Origin: Bacillota bacterium
GTDB lineage: Bacteria; Bacillota; Sulfobacillia; Fermentithermobacillales; Fermentithermobacillaceae
DNA length: 64,000 nt
NCBI GenBank assembly: GCA_033810155.1
Contig: JAPXKJ010000001.1
Coordinates: forward strand, 101,376 to 165,375
Direction: 5' to 3'
Positions 47,122-58,078 of the stretch are shown piece by piece; position 1 is the stretch's first letter; every line of letters starts with the position of its first letter. The notes under the pieces are model-generated. The model ran no database searches, had not been told where the DNA came from, and worked only from the letters and a program-made list of their open reading frames with translations. Both the position numbers and the translations under genes were made by a program.

Positions 47122-50100
47122 ATGGGATACTTTAAGGAAGTGGACCCTAGAAGGTCTGTTGTGGATACAGAAAACAAAATCCTTGATTACTGGAACACAA
47201 ATGACATATCGGCCAAAAGCATATCTGAGAGAGAGGGGAACCCTCGCTTCGTCTTTTATGAGGGACCACCTACAGCCAATGGTCTGCCGGGTATACACCA
47301 CGTTTTGGCCAGAACGATAAAGGACGTGGTATGTCGTTATAAAACGATGCAGGGGTTTCAGGTAAAGCGAAAGGCCGGATGGGATACTCATGGTCTTCCG
47401 GTAGAAATCGAAGTGGAAAAACAGCTTGGGATTTCATCCAAACAAGAAATCGAGGAGTACGGTATAGCTGCTTTCAATGAGAAGTGTCGATCTTCGGTTT
47501 TTGTCTACGAAAAGCAGTGGAGAAAGCTTACGGAGAGGATAGCGTACTGGATCGATATGGATGATCCTTACATCACTTTGGACAACGATTACATTGAGAC
47601 CGTATGGTGGATTTTGAAACAGTTCTTCGATGCAGGGCTGATATACGAGAGCTACAAAGTTTTGCCCTATTGCCCACGCTGTGGAACTCCTCTTGCATCG
47701 CACGAAGTGGCTCAGGGGTATACAGAGGAATCTGTGGAATCCATATATGTGACCTTTAAGGTCAAAGGAAAAGACAACGAGTATTTGCTCATTTGGACTA
47801 CAACTCCGTGGACTTTGCCTTCTAACGTAGGAGTAGCAATAAATCCTACGAGCACCTATGCTAAGGTGCTTTACGAGGATAACATCTACTACGTTGCTAA
47901 GGATAGAGTACCCTATTTGTTCGAAGAGGGTTATGAGATCCTTGAGGAGTTCTCAGGCAAGGAACTAGAATTCCTAGAGTACGAACAGCTATTCCCGTTT
48001 GTAGTCCCAGAGGAAAAAGCTTTTATAGTCACTTGCGCTGACTATGTATCAACTGACGACGGCACAGGCCTGGTACACATAGCTCCTGCGTACGGAGAAG
48101 ATGACTACAAAGTTTGCCAAGAATATGGACTTCCCATGCTCCAACTTGTCGATGAACAGGGACGTTTCGTTGATTCAGTTACGGATTGGGCTGGTATGTT
48201 TGTGATGGATGCAGACAAACACATCATAAAGAAGCTGCGCAAAGATGGTAGATTGTTCAAGAGCGAGAGAATAGTCCATTCATATCCCCATTGCTGGAGA
48301 TGTGATACCCCTCTTCTTTATTACGCAAGAAAATCGTGGTACATTGCAACAACACAGTTTCAAGATAGGCTAATCGCCAACAACAAGAAAGTGAAATGGT
48401 TCCCCGAACACGTAGGCACAGGTCGTTTTGGCAATTGGCTGGAGAACTTGGTGGATTGGTCAATCTCGAGAAACCGTTATTGGGGAACGCCGCTAAATAT
48501 TTGGAGATGCACTGAGTGCGGAAGAATCAGATCGATAGGTTCAAGAGCTGAATTAAAAGAGCACGCCATTGGCGATTTGGATGTTTATAACCTAGATCTC
48601 CATAGGCCGTATGTAGACGAGGTCTACTTGAAGTGCGAGTGCGGAGGAAAGATGACTCGGACACCCGAAGTCATAGACTGCTGGTTCGACTCTGGCTCGA
48701 TGCCATACGGTCAACTGCACTACCCTTTTGAAAACGAAGAAGAATTCTATAGTTCTTTTCCGGCGGATTTTATCTGCGAAGGCCTAGATCAAACCAGAGG
48801 CTGGTTTTATTCCCTATTGGTGATAGCGACCTTTCTTTTCGACCAACCGGCCTACAAAGAAGTAGTGGTAAACGACCTGGTCCTTGATAAGCATGGTCAG
48901 AAAATGTCCAAATCCAGGGGAAATGCTGTAGACCCGTGGGAACTGATAAGCAGATACGGTGCTGACGCAGTGAGGTGGTATCTCCTAGACGTATCTCCAC
49001 CTTGGGTTCCTACTAGATTTGACGAGAACGGAGTTCGAGACGTATCAGCGCGCTTCCTGGGAACGCTTGTAAACGTGTATGCTTTCTTCACTCTATATGC
49101 AAACATAGACAAGATTGATCCCTCATCGTTCGATATACCGATAAGCGAAAGACCGGAGCTAGATCGATGGATAATATCGCGTCTAAACAGCCTAACTAAG
49201 TTCATTGAGCAGAGTATGCCCGAATACGAACTGACGAGAGTCACCAAAGGTATTGGCGCTTTTCTGGTAGACGAAGTAAGCAACTGGTATGTTAGAAGAA
49301 GTCGCGAGCGCTTTTGGTCAAATGAGTTTGACCTCGACAAGAAATCCGCTTACCTCACGCTATACGAGGTGCTGATAACTCTTTCGAAACTAATGGCGCC
49401 TTTTGCACCTTTCATTGCAGAAGACATCTACCTGAACCTAACTAGAGGCAACCAATTGGAGTCTGTTCATCTTGAAAAATACCCACAAGCTGACCTTACA
49501 CTCATAGACTCCGAACTCGAAGAGAAGATGGGCCTCGTCATAACTATAGTTTCTTTGGGCAGGTCCGTGAGGAATAAAGTCCAGATCAAGATCAGGCAGC
49601 CTCTTAGGAAAATCATGGTCAATGATAGGTATAAAGATATCCTCAAGAATATGGAAAACCTCATTAAGGAAGAACTCAATGTAAAAGATATCGAATACGT
49701 AAGCGCACTATCCCAATACGTGTCATACGAGGTAAGGGCTAACCTGCCTGTAGCCGGGCCCAAGTACGGTAAGATGCTCAACCAGATAGTCGCAAATCTT
49801 CAGCAACTAGACGCTTATTCTGTGGCCAAAACCGTTGATTCGCAAGGAAGTATCGTATTGCAGATAGACGGGAAGGAAGTCGAATTATCGAAGGAAGACA
49901 TTGATATAAAGATAAAAGCTAGGGAAGGTTTTGCAGTAGAGGTTGAAGACGATACCTTTGTAGTCCTAGACACTGAAATAGATTATGAACTTGAATTGGA
50001 AGGAATTGCGCGAGAACTCGTGTCAAAAATCCAGACTATGAGGAAAAATAAAGGGTTTGACGTGATCGATCACATAACCTTAACTATCTTCTGTGATGAA

Positions 50101-50253
50101 ATTGTAAGGGAATCTGTTGAAAAACACGCTTCATATATTCAAGGTGACACCTTGTGTGATAATTTGGTCATTACTTCAGAGAAATTCGATGGGCAAGAAC
50201 TGAACATTAATGGGCACGAAGTAGTGATTTCCATCGAGCGATTAGAAAAATAG
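47122..50253 (+). CDS. ileS: Isoleucine--tRNA ligase
   Basis: HIGH (PPTANGLPGIHH) and KMSKS motifs. 1043 aa from ATG 47122 (RBS GGAGG). The track ORF start 47065 lies inside the T-box terminator. Confidence 0.9.
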   Translation: MGYFKEVDPRRSVVDTENKILDYWNTNDISAKSISEREGNPRFVFYEGPPTANGLPGIHHVLARTIKDVVCRYKTMQGFQVKRKAGWDTHGLPVEIEVEKQLGISSKQEIEEYGIAAFNEKCRSSVFVYEKQWRKLTERIAYWIDMDDPYITLDNDYIETVWWILKQFFDAGLIYESYKVLPYCPRCGTPLASHEVAQGYTEESVESIYVTFKVKGKDNEYLLIWTTTPWTLPSNVGVAINPTSTYAKVLYEDNIYYVAKDRVPYLFEEGYEILEEFSGKELEFLEYEQLFPFVVPEEKAFIVTCADYVSTDDGTGLVHIAPAYGEDDYKVCQEYGLPMLQLVDEQGRFVDSVTDWAGMFVMDADKHIIKKLRKDGRLFKSERIVHSYPHCWRCDTPLLYYARKSWYIATTQFQDRLIANNKKVKWFPEHVGTGRFGNWLENLVDWSISRNRYWGTPLNIWRCTECGRIRSIGSRAELKEHAIGDLDVYNLDLHRPYVDEVYLKCECGGKMTRTPEVIDCWFDSGSMPYGQLHYPFENEEEFYSSFPADFICEGLDQTRGWFYSLLVIATFLFDQPAYKEVVVNDLVLDKHGQKMSKSRGNAVDPWELISRYGADAVRWYLLDVSPPWVPTRFDENGVRDVSARFLGTLVNVYAFFTLYANIDKIDPSSFDIPISERPELDRWIISRLNSLTKFIEQSMPEYELTRVTKGIGAFLVDEVSNWYVRRSRERFWSNEFDLDKKSAYLTLYEVLITLSKLMAPFAPFIAEDIYLNLTRGNQLESVHLEKYPQADLTLIDSELEEKMGLVITIVSLGRSVRNKVQIKIRQPLRKIMVNDRYKDILKNMENLIKEELNVKDIEYVSALSQYVSYEVRANLPVAGPKYGKMLNQIVANLQQLDAYSVAKTVDSQGSIVLQIDGKEVELSKEDIDIKIKAREGFAVEVEDDTFVVLDTEIDYELELEGIARELVSKIQTMRKNKGFDVIDHITLTIFCDEIVRESVEKHASYIQGDTLCDNLVITSEKFDGQELNINGHEVVISIERLEK

Positions 50254-50334
50254 CGGTCTAGGTGATTAAGTGATATTGACGTCTAGTCGAAGTTGAATTA
50301 TTATTCGTCTAGATAAGTTGATAGAGCCAGTCCT

Positions 50335-50430
50335 TTAATTTAGCCCGGCGAGGCAAAAAGGAGGCGAAGACAAATGGAAAAAATCTCCGCATAAGCGCAT
50401 GCTTGTGGAGATTTTCTTTTTTCCGAACAG
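50335..50430 (+). promoter_or_regulatory. PyrR-binding attenuator of the pyr operon (binding loop plus terminator)
   Basis: CCCGGCGAGGC matches the PyrR loop consensus UCCnGnGAGGYU. Terminator ATCTCC...GGAGAT followed by TTTCTTTTTT. Confidence 0.55.
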
Positions 50431-50455
50431 TTACAACCAATAACAGTGAGACTAA

Positions 50456-51025
<570 letters not shown>

Positions 51026-51072
51026 GAAATATTATCAGGCCTATAAGGTAGTCTATTAGGAGGCATAAAAAG

Positions 51073-51996
51073 TTGTCACTTCAAGGCAAAGATCTTCTAA
51101 CACTTCAGGAACTCAGTCAAGAAGACATGGAATTGATACTTTCAACGGCCCGGTCACTCAAGGAAATCCTGTCGCGACCAATAAAAAAAGTACCCACGTT
51201 GCGCGGCAAAGTAGTATGTACATTGTTCTATGAACCCTCAACAAGAACTCGCACTTCTTTCGAGTTAGCCGCGAAATATATGTCTGCAGACACAGTATCT
51301 ATTGCCACCTCGACGTCTTCGGTTCAGAAAGGAGAAACGCTTGCAGACACCGCTCGAAATCTAGCCGTAATGGGAATCGACCTTGTGATCATGAGACACA
51401 GCGTTTCCGGTTCGTGCCATTTCCTAGCACGGGTACTAGATATCCCTGTGGTAAACGCAGGCGATGGGATGCATGAGCATCCTACTCAGGGACTTCTAGA
51501 TATTTTCACTATCTTAGATTACAAACCGAGGATAAAGGGGCTTAAAGTAGCCATACTCGGTGACATTGCCCACTCCAGAGTTGCGCGTTCAAACATTTAT
51601 GGTTTGACGAAGATGGGAGCTGAAGTATCCGTAGCAGGACCGTCTACGTTGCTGCCCCCGGAAATTGAGGCGCTAGGCGTAAGAGCATTCTGCCATCCTG
51701 AAGAAGCCGTTGAAGGTGCAGATGTAGTTTATGTCCTTAGGCTTCAGTTAGAGCGTCAATCGAACAGCCTATTCCCATCCAAACGCGAATACCAAGACTT
51801 TTTTGGCCTGGATCGACAAATGCTTGCGTACGCCAAAGAAGACGCAATAATCATGCACCCCGGCCCTATGAATAGAGGGATTGAGATTACTACTGACATT
51901 GCGGATTCTCCAAGATCAGTGATACTGGACCAGGTCACAAACGGTGTAGCCATAAGAATGGCTGTTCTTTATCTGATTCTAGGAGGCAGAGAATAA
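51073..51996 (+). CDS. pyrB: Aspartate carbamoyltransferase catalytic subunit
   Basis: STRTR and HPxQ motifs. 307 aa. TTG start. Confidence 0.9.
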   Translation: MSLQGKDLLTLQELSQEDMELILSTARSLKEILSRPIKKVPTLRGKVVCTLFYEPSTRTRTSFELAAKYMSADTVSIATSTSSVQKGETLADTARNLAVMGIDLVIMRHSVSGSCHFLARVLDIPVVNAGDGMHEHPTQGLLDIFTILDYKPRIKGLKVAILGDIAHSRVARSNIYGLTKMGAEVSVAGPSTLLPPEIEALGVRAFCHPEEAVEGADVVYVLRLQLERQSNSLFPSKREYQDFFGLDRQMLAYAKEDAIIMHPGPMNRGIEITTDIADSPRSVILDQVTNGVAIRMAVLYLILGGRE

Positions 51997-53297
51997 TGTC
52001 AAACGATCTTCTCATAAAAGGCGGACGAGTTATAGATCCCTTAGCTAAGATTGACAAGGAATTGGACCTGCTAATTTCGGATGGGAAAATCACCAGAATC
52101 GCTGATAACATAGAGAATCAAGATGTGATGCAGGTAATAGATGCGGACGGAAAAATCGTCATGCCCGGACTAATCGACATGCACACTCACCTTCGAGAAC
52201 CCGGCTACGAATACAAAGAAGATATACAAAGTGGCACAAAAGCAGCTGCTATGGGAGGATTCACCGCAGTAGCCTGCATGCCTAATACTGAACCGCCATG
52301 TGATAACGACTCGGTAGTTTCCAATATACTCGAGATAGCCCAGAGGCATGGGTCCGTAAAAGTGTACCCGATAGGTGCTGTAACAAAGGGAAGAGCCGGC
52401 AAACAACTGTCGGAAATGGGTGAGATGAAAAAAGCAGGCGCAGTTGCCTTTTCCGATGACGGGTCCCCGGTTGCAAACGCCGAAATCCTCAGATGCGCTA
52501 TGGAATATCTGAAGTCTTTTGATGCAACCATCATAGACCATCCGGAAGACATGGCTCTTTCTGAGAACGGCCAGATAAACTACGGACTCATATCCACAAT
52601 GCTAGGATTAAAAGGTATCCCACGTGAAGCAGAGGAGATCATTGTGGCTCGGGACATACTCATCACAAATCTTACCAAAGGCAGGTTGCATCTTGCACAC
52701 ATTTCTACAAAAGGAGCCTTGAACCTGATAAGAGAAGCAAAGTCTAACGGGCTAAATGTCACATGTGAAGTCACTCCTCATCATCTGGTGCTTACAGAAG
52801 ACTATGTTTGGAAAACAGGCTATGACACGAACACAAAGGTGAATCCACCGCTTAGGACGCAAGAGGACGTAGAGTCTCTTAGAGTAGCGCTTTCGGACGG
52901 AACCATAGATGTAATAGCCACAGATCACGCCCCGCATCATCTGGACGATAAATGGGTTGAATTTGACTATGCTGCTTTCGGCATAAGCGGACTGGAGACT
53001 GCGGTACCGCTTGTAATCGATAAGCTAGTAATACCTGGAATAATTGATTGGATGAGGATGGCTGAAATAATGAGTAGCAATCCTGCAAAGATCCTCGGGG
53101 TGCCTGGTGGAACTCTGCAAGAAGGATGCGTTGCTGATATAACGATCATTGATCCTGAGCGTGAGCGTTCAGTGGATCCTAGATTCTTCATGTCAAAGGG
53201 GCAGAACACACCGTTTACAGGCTGGAGATTGACAGGCGCACCATACGCGACGATCGTGAATGGAAAGACTGTGATGCTAGACGGGAGACTTGTGTAA
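51996..53297 (+). CDS. pyrC: Dihydroorotase
   Basis: 433 aa. DMHTHLREPG metal-binding motif. Confidence 0.9.
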   Translation: MSNDLLIKGGRVIDPLAKIDKELDLLISDGKITRIADNIENQDVMQVIDADGKIVMPGLIDMHTHLREPGYEYKEDIQSGTKAAAMGGFTAVACMPNTEPPCDNDSVVSNILEIAQRHGSVKVYPIGAVTKGRAGKQLSEMGEMKKAGAVAFSDDGSPVANAEILRCAMEYLKSFDATIIDHPEDMALSENGQINYGLISTMLGLKGIPREAEEIIVARDILITNLTKGRLHLAHISTKGALNLIREAKSNGLNVTCEVTPHHLVLTEDYVWKTGYDTNTKVNPPLRTQEDVESLRVALSDGTIDVIATDHAPHHLDDKWVEFDYAAFGISGLETAVPLVIDKLVIPGIIDWMRMAEIMSSNPAKILGVPGGTLQEGCVADITIIDPERERSVDPRFFMSKGQNTPFTGWRLTGAPYATIVNGKTVMLDGRLV

Positions 53298-54127
53298 TGT
53301 CCAAAGTAGAGATACTTGACGCGAAGGCGAAGGTGATCTCACTTTCCAAATGTCAAGGCAACGTCTACAGGGCGATCCTTGAGGCTCCGGAGATCGCATC
53401 TCATGCAAAACCAATGCAATTCGTAGATGTCTTGGTTAGAGAATCCTTCGATCCCTTGCTAAGGAGGCCCTTCAGCCTTTCAGGTATTGAGCCAAGCAAA
53501 GGAACTATTGAGATCACGTGGGCAGTAGTCGGTAAGGGAACCGAGGTCATGACAAGGTGGCAGATTAATCAACGCGTGAGAGTACTAGGTCCACTTGGAA
53601 ACGGTCTTGATGGTGAGTTTTTCGAGGTCGCCGATAGACTCATCCTTATTGCAGGAGGCACAGGACTTGCACCTCTTTTCCCAGTGGCGAAGACTGCAAG
53701 GCATTTCGACATCGATACCACTGTGCTTTATGGGGCGAAGAGCCTCGACCTGGTTATGGATACAAAACCTCTGGAACGAATCGGCTGCAAAGTTCATATA
53801 GCCACCGAAGACGGGTCTCAAGGAAGGAAAGGCCTGGTGACAGATGTGCTCAGAACTGAGTTTGACATGAGCACAGACAAAAAAGAAGATAATAGACAGG
53901 TGCTCTCAGTAGCTTGTGGACCTCAGCCCATGCTTGCAGCCGTCAAATCACAGTTATCTGACACAAATATCTCGCTATATGTTTCGCTTGAACAACGCAT
54001 GGCATGTGGTTATGGTCTATGTCAGGGTTGCGTAGTCAAGTCAACGCGACCAGAAGACGGATACTACCGAGTGTGCACTGACGGCCCTGTGTTTCCGGCT
54101 AGTAAGGTTGATCTGGAGCGTGAATAA
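53297..54127 (+). CDS. pyrK: Dihydroorotate dehydrogenase electron-transfer subunit
   Basis: 276 aa. FAD/NAD-binding fold. C-terminal Cys cluster CGYGLCQGC. Confidence 0.85.
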   Translation: MSKVEILDAKAKVISLSKCQGNVYRAILEAPEIASHAKPMQFVDVLVRESFDPLLRRPFSLSGIEPSKGTIEITWAVVGKGTEVMTRWQINQRVRVLGPLGNGLDGEFFEVADRLILIAGGTGLAPLFPVAKTARHFDIDTTVLYGAKSLDLVMDTKPLERIGCKVHIATEDGSQGRKGLVTDVLRTEFDMSTDKKEDNRQVLSVACGPQPMLAAVKSQLSDTNISLYVSLEQRMACGYGLCQGCVVKSTRPEDGYYRVCTDGPVFPASKVDLERE

Positions 54128-54129
54128 AA

Positions 54130-55038
54130 ATGGATCTTTCCGTTAATTTAGGAGGTCTGGTGATTGATAAACCAATAATCGCTGCCTCGGGAACTTTCGG
54201 TTACGGACGGGAATACAGTCGTGCGGGAAGTATAGACTGGTTTGGAGGAGTGACCGTAAAGGGAACTACACTTATGCCTCGATATGGCAATCCCCCTCTA
54301 AGGATCCATGAGACTTCTGCAGGCCTTCTAAACTCCATTGGACTGCAAAACCCTGGCGCAAGAGCTGTAATCGACTGTGAGATACCTTGGCTTTCCCAGT
54401 TTGGAATTCCAATAATAGTTAACATCTCAGCCGATTCCTATTCCGAGTTTTCCGAATTGGCTCGCATGTTTGCAGATTGTCCTGAAGTATCTGCTCTGGA
54501 AGTGAACGTGTCTTGTCCTAACGTCGATTCGGGCGGCATGGCTTTTGGGACCAGCCCAGGAGCTTGCTACAGGGCAACAAAGGCGGTACGGCGCCACTGG
54601 TCAAAGCCTTTAATCGTGAAACTAACTCCAAATGTAACCAACATCTCAGAGATAGCCAAAGCAGCCGTAGAAGCCGGAGCAGACAGTCTTTCTCTGATAA
54701 ACACGCTGGTTGGGATGGCAATCGATGTAGATACCAAAAGACCGGTTCTAGGAAACATTACGGGCGGATTATCCGGTCCTTGCATAAAGCCCGTCGCCCT
54801 CCGCTGCGTCTGGGAAGTATCTCAAGCGGTACCGGTACCCATAATCGGGATGGGTGGGATAGTCTCCGCCCGAGATGCCCTTGAGTTTATCATGGCAGGA
54901 GCATCAGCAGTTGCTATTGGGACTGCTCTGTTGGTAGACCCCTACGCACCAAAGGCAATCATCGAAGGCATATCATCTTACTGTGAATCTCACGAGATTG
55001 ATTCGCTCAGCAGTATTAGAGGCATCGCTTGGAAATGA
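54130..55038 (+). CDS. pyrD: Dihydroorotate dehydrogenase 1B catalytic subunit
   Basis: 302 aa. Class 1B DHOD motifs (ASGTFGYG, SCPN). Confidence 0.9.
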   Translation: MDLSVNLGGLVIDKPIIAASGTFGYGREYSRAGSIDWFGGVTVKGTTLMPRYGNPPLRIHETSAGLLNSIGLQNPGARAVIDCEIPWLSQFGIPIIVNISADSYSEFSELARMFADCPEVSALEVNVSCPNVDSGGMAFGTSPGACYRATKAVRRHWSKPLIVKLTPNVTNISEIAKAAVEAGADSLSLINTLVGMAIDVDTKRPVLGNITGGLSGPCIKPVALRCVWEVSQAVPVPIIGMGGIVSARDALEFIMAGASAVAIGTALLVDPYAPKAIIEGISSYCESHEIDSLSSIRGIAWK

Positions 55039-55047
55039 GACAGGTCG

Positions 55048-56757
55048 TTAAATTTCCACGATGATAGTTTTGGCACCTTTGTAGGTTACAAAGCCCGGGG
55101 GGCTACCTCCGGGCTTTTTGACGTTTGTCGCATCTGTATAATCCACCTCAACTTTTCCCGCCAAATTGCCGTCGCTTCTCTGTGCCGCAATTCTCGCGGC
55201 CCAAAGAAGAGTCTCAGGCGTTATATCACCGCGGTATGGAGTACGCAAAAGAACATGCGCGCCTCTAAGGTTCTTGGCATGTAACCATATATCTCCCGGT
55301 CTTTTTATCCTCCTTACTATGTAATCGTTTCCTTGCGCATTCTTACCTATATACAATGTACCCTCCCCGCTCGATAGGATTTCAACTGAGCCCCTAGGGC
55401 CGCTCGACGACGAAACTTTGGCAGGCCGCCGATTCCTCTTGTCGGTCACTTTTCGCATCCCGATGCCAGCTTCGCGGGCAACTTGTACCGCCTGTTCGCA
55501 TAGATCGTTCAAACTGTCCAAATCATGTTCCTCATTTAGAGACTTGTCGATTTGCTGTAATCGTTCTAGGAGAATGCGTGACTCTGCTAATGAATCGCTC
55601 AGTATCTTGTTTGCTCTTTTTAGCTTTGCATACTTCTTGTAATATCTTCGGGCGTTTTCCTTTGCCGAAAATCTCGGGTCAAGAGGAACAAAGACCCTCT
55701 CAGGCGGAGTCTTATAGTAATCAAGAACCTCGATGCTATCGTGACCGGCAGGAAGGGATTGAGGCGCAGAATCTATGAGTTCTGCCCAGACACGAAATTT
55801 CTCAAATTCGGTCGCTTGTTCAAGGTCTTTTTGTTGCGATAAATACCTAGATAAAACCTTATCATGAACCTTCTTCCAAATAGCCCTAGTCTCTCGTTCG
55901 AGTCTTTTGTACTCTTCGAAGTAGATGGCGTAATCTCTGTATGCTGAAATACCTTCCAACACTGAGTCAAAGGCTGAAACACAGTCTAGATGGTGCAAAG
56001 GGAAAACCGAGAAAACAGGTTCGCCAGAATTACGAAGGTAAATCGCAGGGTGGAACTGTTCTTCAAGCAAGGCATATCTGAGACCTCTCAAAGACTCAAG
56101 GAGCAACTCGAAACACGCCGGATCGAGGGCGTCATCTTTTCTCAAACCTAAGCCGGCGATAAGGCTCAAAGCAAGGTCTTTCCCAACCCCTTCGAATTTG
56201 GACATAATCCAGTTAACTGCCGGTTCTCCACTACAATAAAGATCTTGCACCTCACAAAGGGCAGACCCTGACAAGAGATTACGTTTCTCGGACTTTGGCG
56301 GACAATAGCCACAGCCGGTCTGAAACCTAGCGCTGGTTTCGGGAAAATGAAACTCAACGATTCCCTCATTGAGCAATCCAAAACCTCCACCTGTACCTGC
56401 ACCGTCAAGAACCAAGGTGTAAGTGCATAGATTTCCGAAATCGTCGTGGCCCGAGAACTCGAAATAGACTACCCTATCCAACCCCTCCTGATGTACTTTC
56501 TGCAAAACGCCTCCTTCAAGACGCTTTCTGAGCCTAAAACAGATTCCCGAAGGTGTTTTTGGCATATCCCTTGATTCATTCACGAGACCGAAGAAAGGAA
56601 CGTTTTTCTCCAGTGAAATTACAAGATCTTTTCTCATCTCTGGGCTCCAAAGACCAAACACTAGTTCCTTCTCCTTTGGATGATATATTTTCTGCACCCT
56701 AAGCGGAAGACATTGATCTATACTGCGGTTAAGGGCATACAAGGTTATTCCGTCCAA
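55048..56757 (-). CDS. rqcH: Rqc2-homolog RqcH / NFACT (fibronectin-binding protein A) family
   Basis: 569 aa. NFACT-N start MDGITLYAL, coiled-coil middle, C-terminal NFACT-R/DUF814 (IWLHAKNLRGAHVLL). Confidence 0.75.
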   Translation of the reverse strand: MDGITLYALNRSIDQCLPLRVQKIYHPKEKELVFGLWSPEMRKDLVISLEKNVPFFGLVNESRDMPKTPSGICFRLRKRLEGGVLQKVHQEGLDRVVYFEFSGHDDFGNLCTYTLVLDGAGTGGGFGLLNEGIVEFHFPETSARFQTGCGYCPPKSEKRNLLSGSALCEVQDLYCSGEPAVNWIMSKFEGVGKDLALSLIAGLGLRKDDALDPACFELLLESLRGLRYALLEEQFHPAIYLRNSGEPVFSVFPLHHLDCVSAFDSVLEGISAYRDYAIYFEEYKRLERETRAIWKKVHDKVLSRYLSQQKDLEQATEFEKFRVWAELIDSAPQSLPAGHDSIEVLDYYKTPPERVFVPLDPRFSAKENARRYYKKYAKLKRANKILSDSLAESRILLERLQQIDKSLNEEHDLDSLNDLCEQAVQVAREAGIGMRKVTDKRNRRPAKVSSSSGPRGSVEILSSGEGTLYIGKNAQGNDYIVRRIKRPGDIWLHAKNLRGAHVLLRTPYRGDITPETLLWAARIAAQRSDGNLAGKVEVDYTDATNVKKPGGSPPGFVTYKGAKTIIVEI

Positions 56758-56832
56758 AACAACACACCTTCCATCACCAAACTCATATTTACTGATATTA
56801 TATCCTTAGGAGAGGCAAAGGAGTGACAAGAC

Positions 56833-57201
56833 GTGAGCGTTGGGCTAAAAAGAGAAGCCTTCGAAGATTCGGGATTTTCGATCCTAGATGAATATGAGGG
56901 TTTTCTGAAGGTGGAAAAAGGTCATTGCGAAATATACGTAAAAGCCGAAGACCGAACAATCACTCTGAAATTGCCGGTAATTGAACTTTTCGGCAAACGA
57001 AAAACCTCCCTTCCTCTTATGGAATATTTGCTCAAGAGAAATGGTGAGATGAACGGGCCAGGTTTTTTTGGCATAGAAGGTGACTGCGTGTATTATGCGG
57101 CAATAGTGCCTATCTGCAAAAAGCCTGAAGAGATAGCCCTGGAGATGCAGGAGATAATTGAAAGGTTGGCTCCTAAGATTATTAACGTATCAGACAAATA
57201 G
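56833..57201 (+). CDS. YbjN-like / hypothetical small cytosolic protein
   Basis: 122 aa. GTG start with AAAGGAG RBS. Weak resemblance to the YbjN chaperone-like fold. Confidence 0.35.
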   Translation: MSVGLKREAFEDSGFSILDEYEGFLKVEKGHCEIYVKAEDRTITLKLPVIELFGKRKTSLPLMEYLLKRNGEMNGPGFFGIEGDCVYYAAIVPICKKPEEIALEMQEIIERLAPKIINVSDK

Positions 57202-57274
57202 CGGCCAGGCCAAATATGTAGACCGTTTCAGTGCAATGGCAACTTAGAAGATCAGGAGGTGAAGCAATCTGAAA

Positions 57275-58051
57275 TTGCTTGTATGCGATCTGGACGGCAC
57301 CTTAGTTGGCCCAACAGAGGATGGACTAGACACAGCACGGGAGATTCTGGACTATTGTAGGTCCCAAGGAATCAAGGTGACCATAGCTACAGGCAGAGTT
57401 TTCGGTGCTGCAGAGAAATACGTTGCATACCTTAGGATTGACCAGCCAGTCATCGCAAACGGAGGAGCTCTAATTGCAGAACTGGGAAAACCGCCAATCT
57501 ACGAAAAGACCATAGACAAGGCAACATCGCTTTGTATTGCGGAAAAACTCAGAAAACTCCGATACCCGTTTTACTTCTTGGTCGGAAGAGACATGTACTC
57601 GGAGTTCACGGGACCTCAAACTCAGAGATATTCTCAGATCCTGCGGTTTCCAATAGAAGTCGTGAGCTCACTCTGCGAAGTAGATGGTTGCCCAACCCAG
57701 ATCGTAGTACGTGTTCCGCCAGAAGAGGCAGACACGCTCTTATGCCAACTCGATTCCATGTGGCCTCAAGTTACTTTGATTAAGAGTCTACCGCATCTAA
57801 TAGAAATCCAACCTGCGGGCGTATCAAAAGCAAATGCCTTGGCTTTTCTTTCCAGTTACCTGGGCATACCAAGAGAGGAGATCCTATCCATAGGCGACGG
57901 CCTCAACGATTTAGATATGCTCATGTGGTCCGGGATGAAGGCAGCAGTATCCAACGCGCACGACGCTGTAAAGGAGAGAGTGCCCTACGTCTCTTCAAGA
58001 CCCTATGCAGAAGGAGTTAAAGAGATAGTGGAGAAGTTTATTAAGTGCTAA
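57275..58051 (+). CDS. Cof-type HAD-IIB family hydrolase (sugar phosphatase-like)
   Basis: DLDGTL motif I and GDGLNDLDM motif IV. 258 aa. Confidence 0.8.
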   Translation: MLVCDLDGTLVGPTEDGLDTAREILDYCRSQGIKVTIATGRVFGAAEKYVAYLRIDQPVIANGGALIAELGKPPIYEKTIDKATSLCIAEKLRKLRYPFYFLVGRDMYSEFTGPQTQRYSQILRFPIEVVSSLCEVDGCPTQIVVRVPPEEADTLLCQLDSMWPQVTLIKSLPHLIEIQPAGVSKANALAFLSSYLGIPREEILSIGDGLNDLDMLMWSGMKAAVSNAHDAVKERVPYVSSRPYAEGVKEIVEKFIKC

Positions 58052-58078
58052 GTACGAGAAAAAGGAGGATAATTTCCA

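Noticed and set aside
46664-47391. Three minus-strand ORFs (46664-46891, 46725-46991, 46993-47391)
   Set aside because: They lie antisense to tRNA-Leu(GAG), the T-box leader and the ileS start, and are not credible genes.
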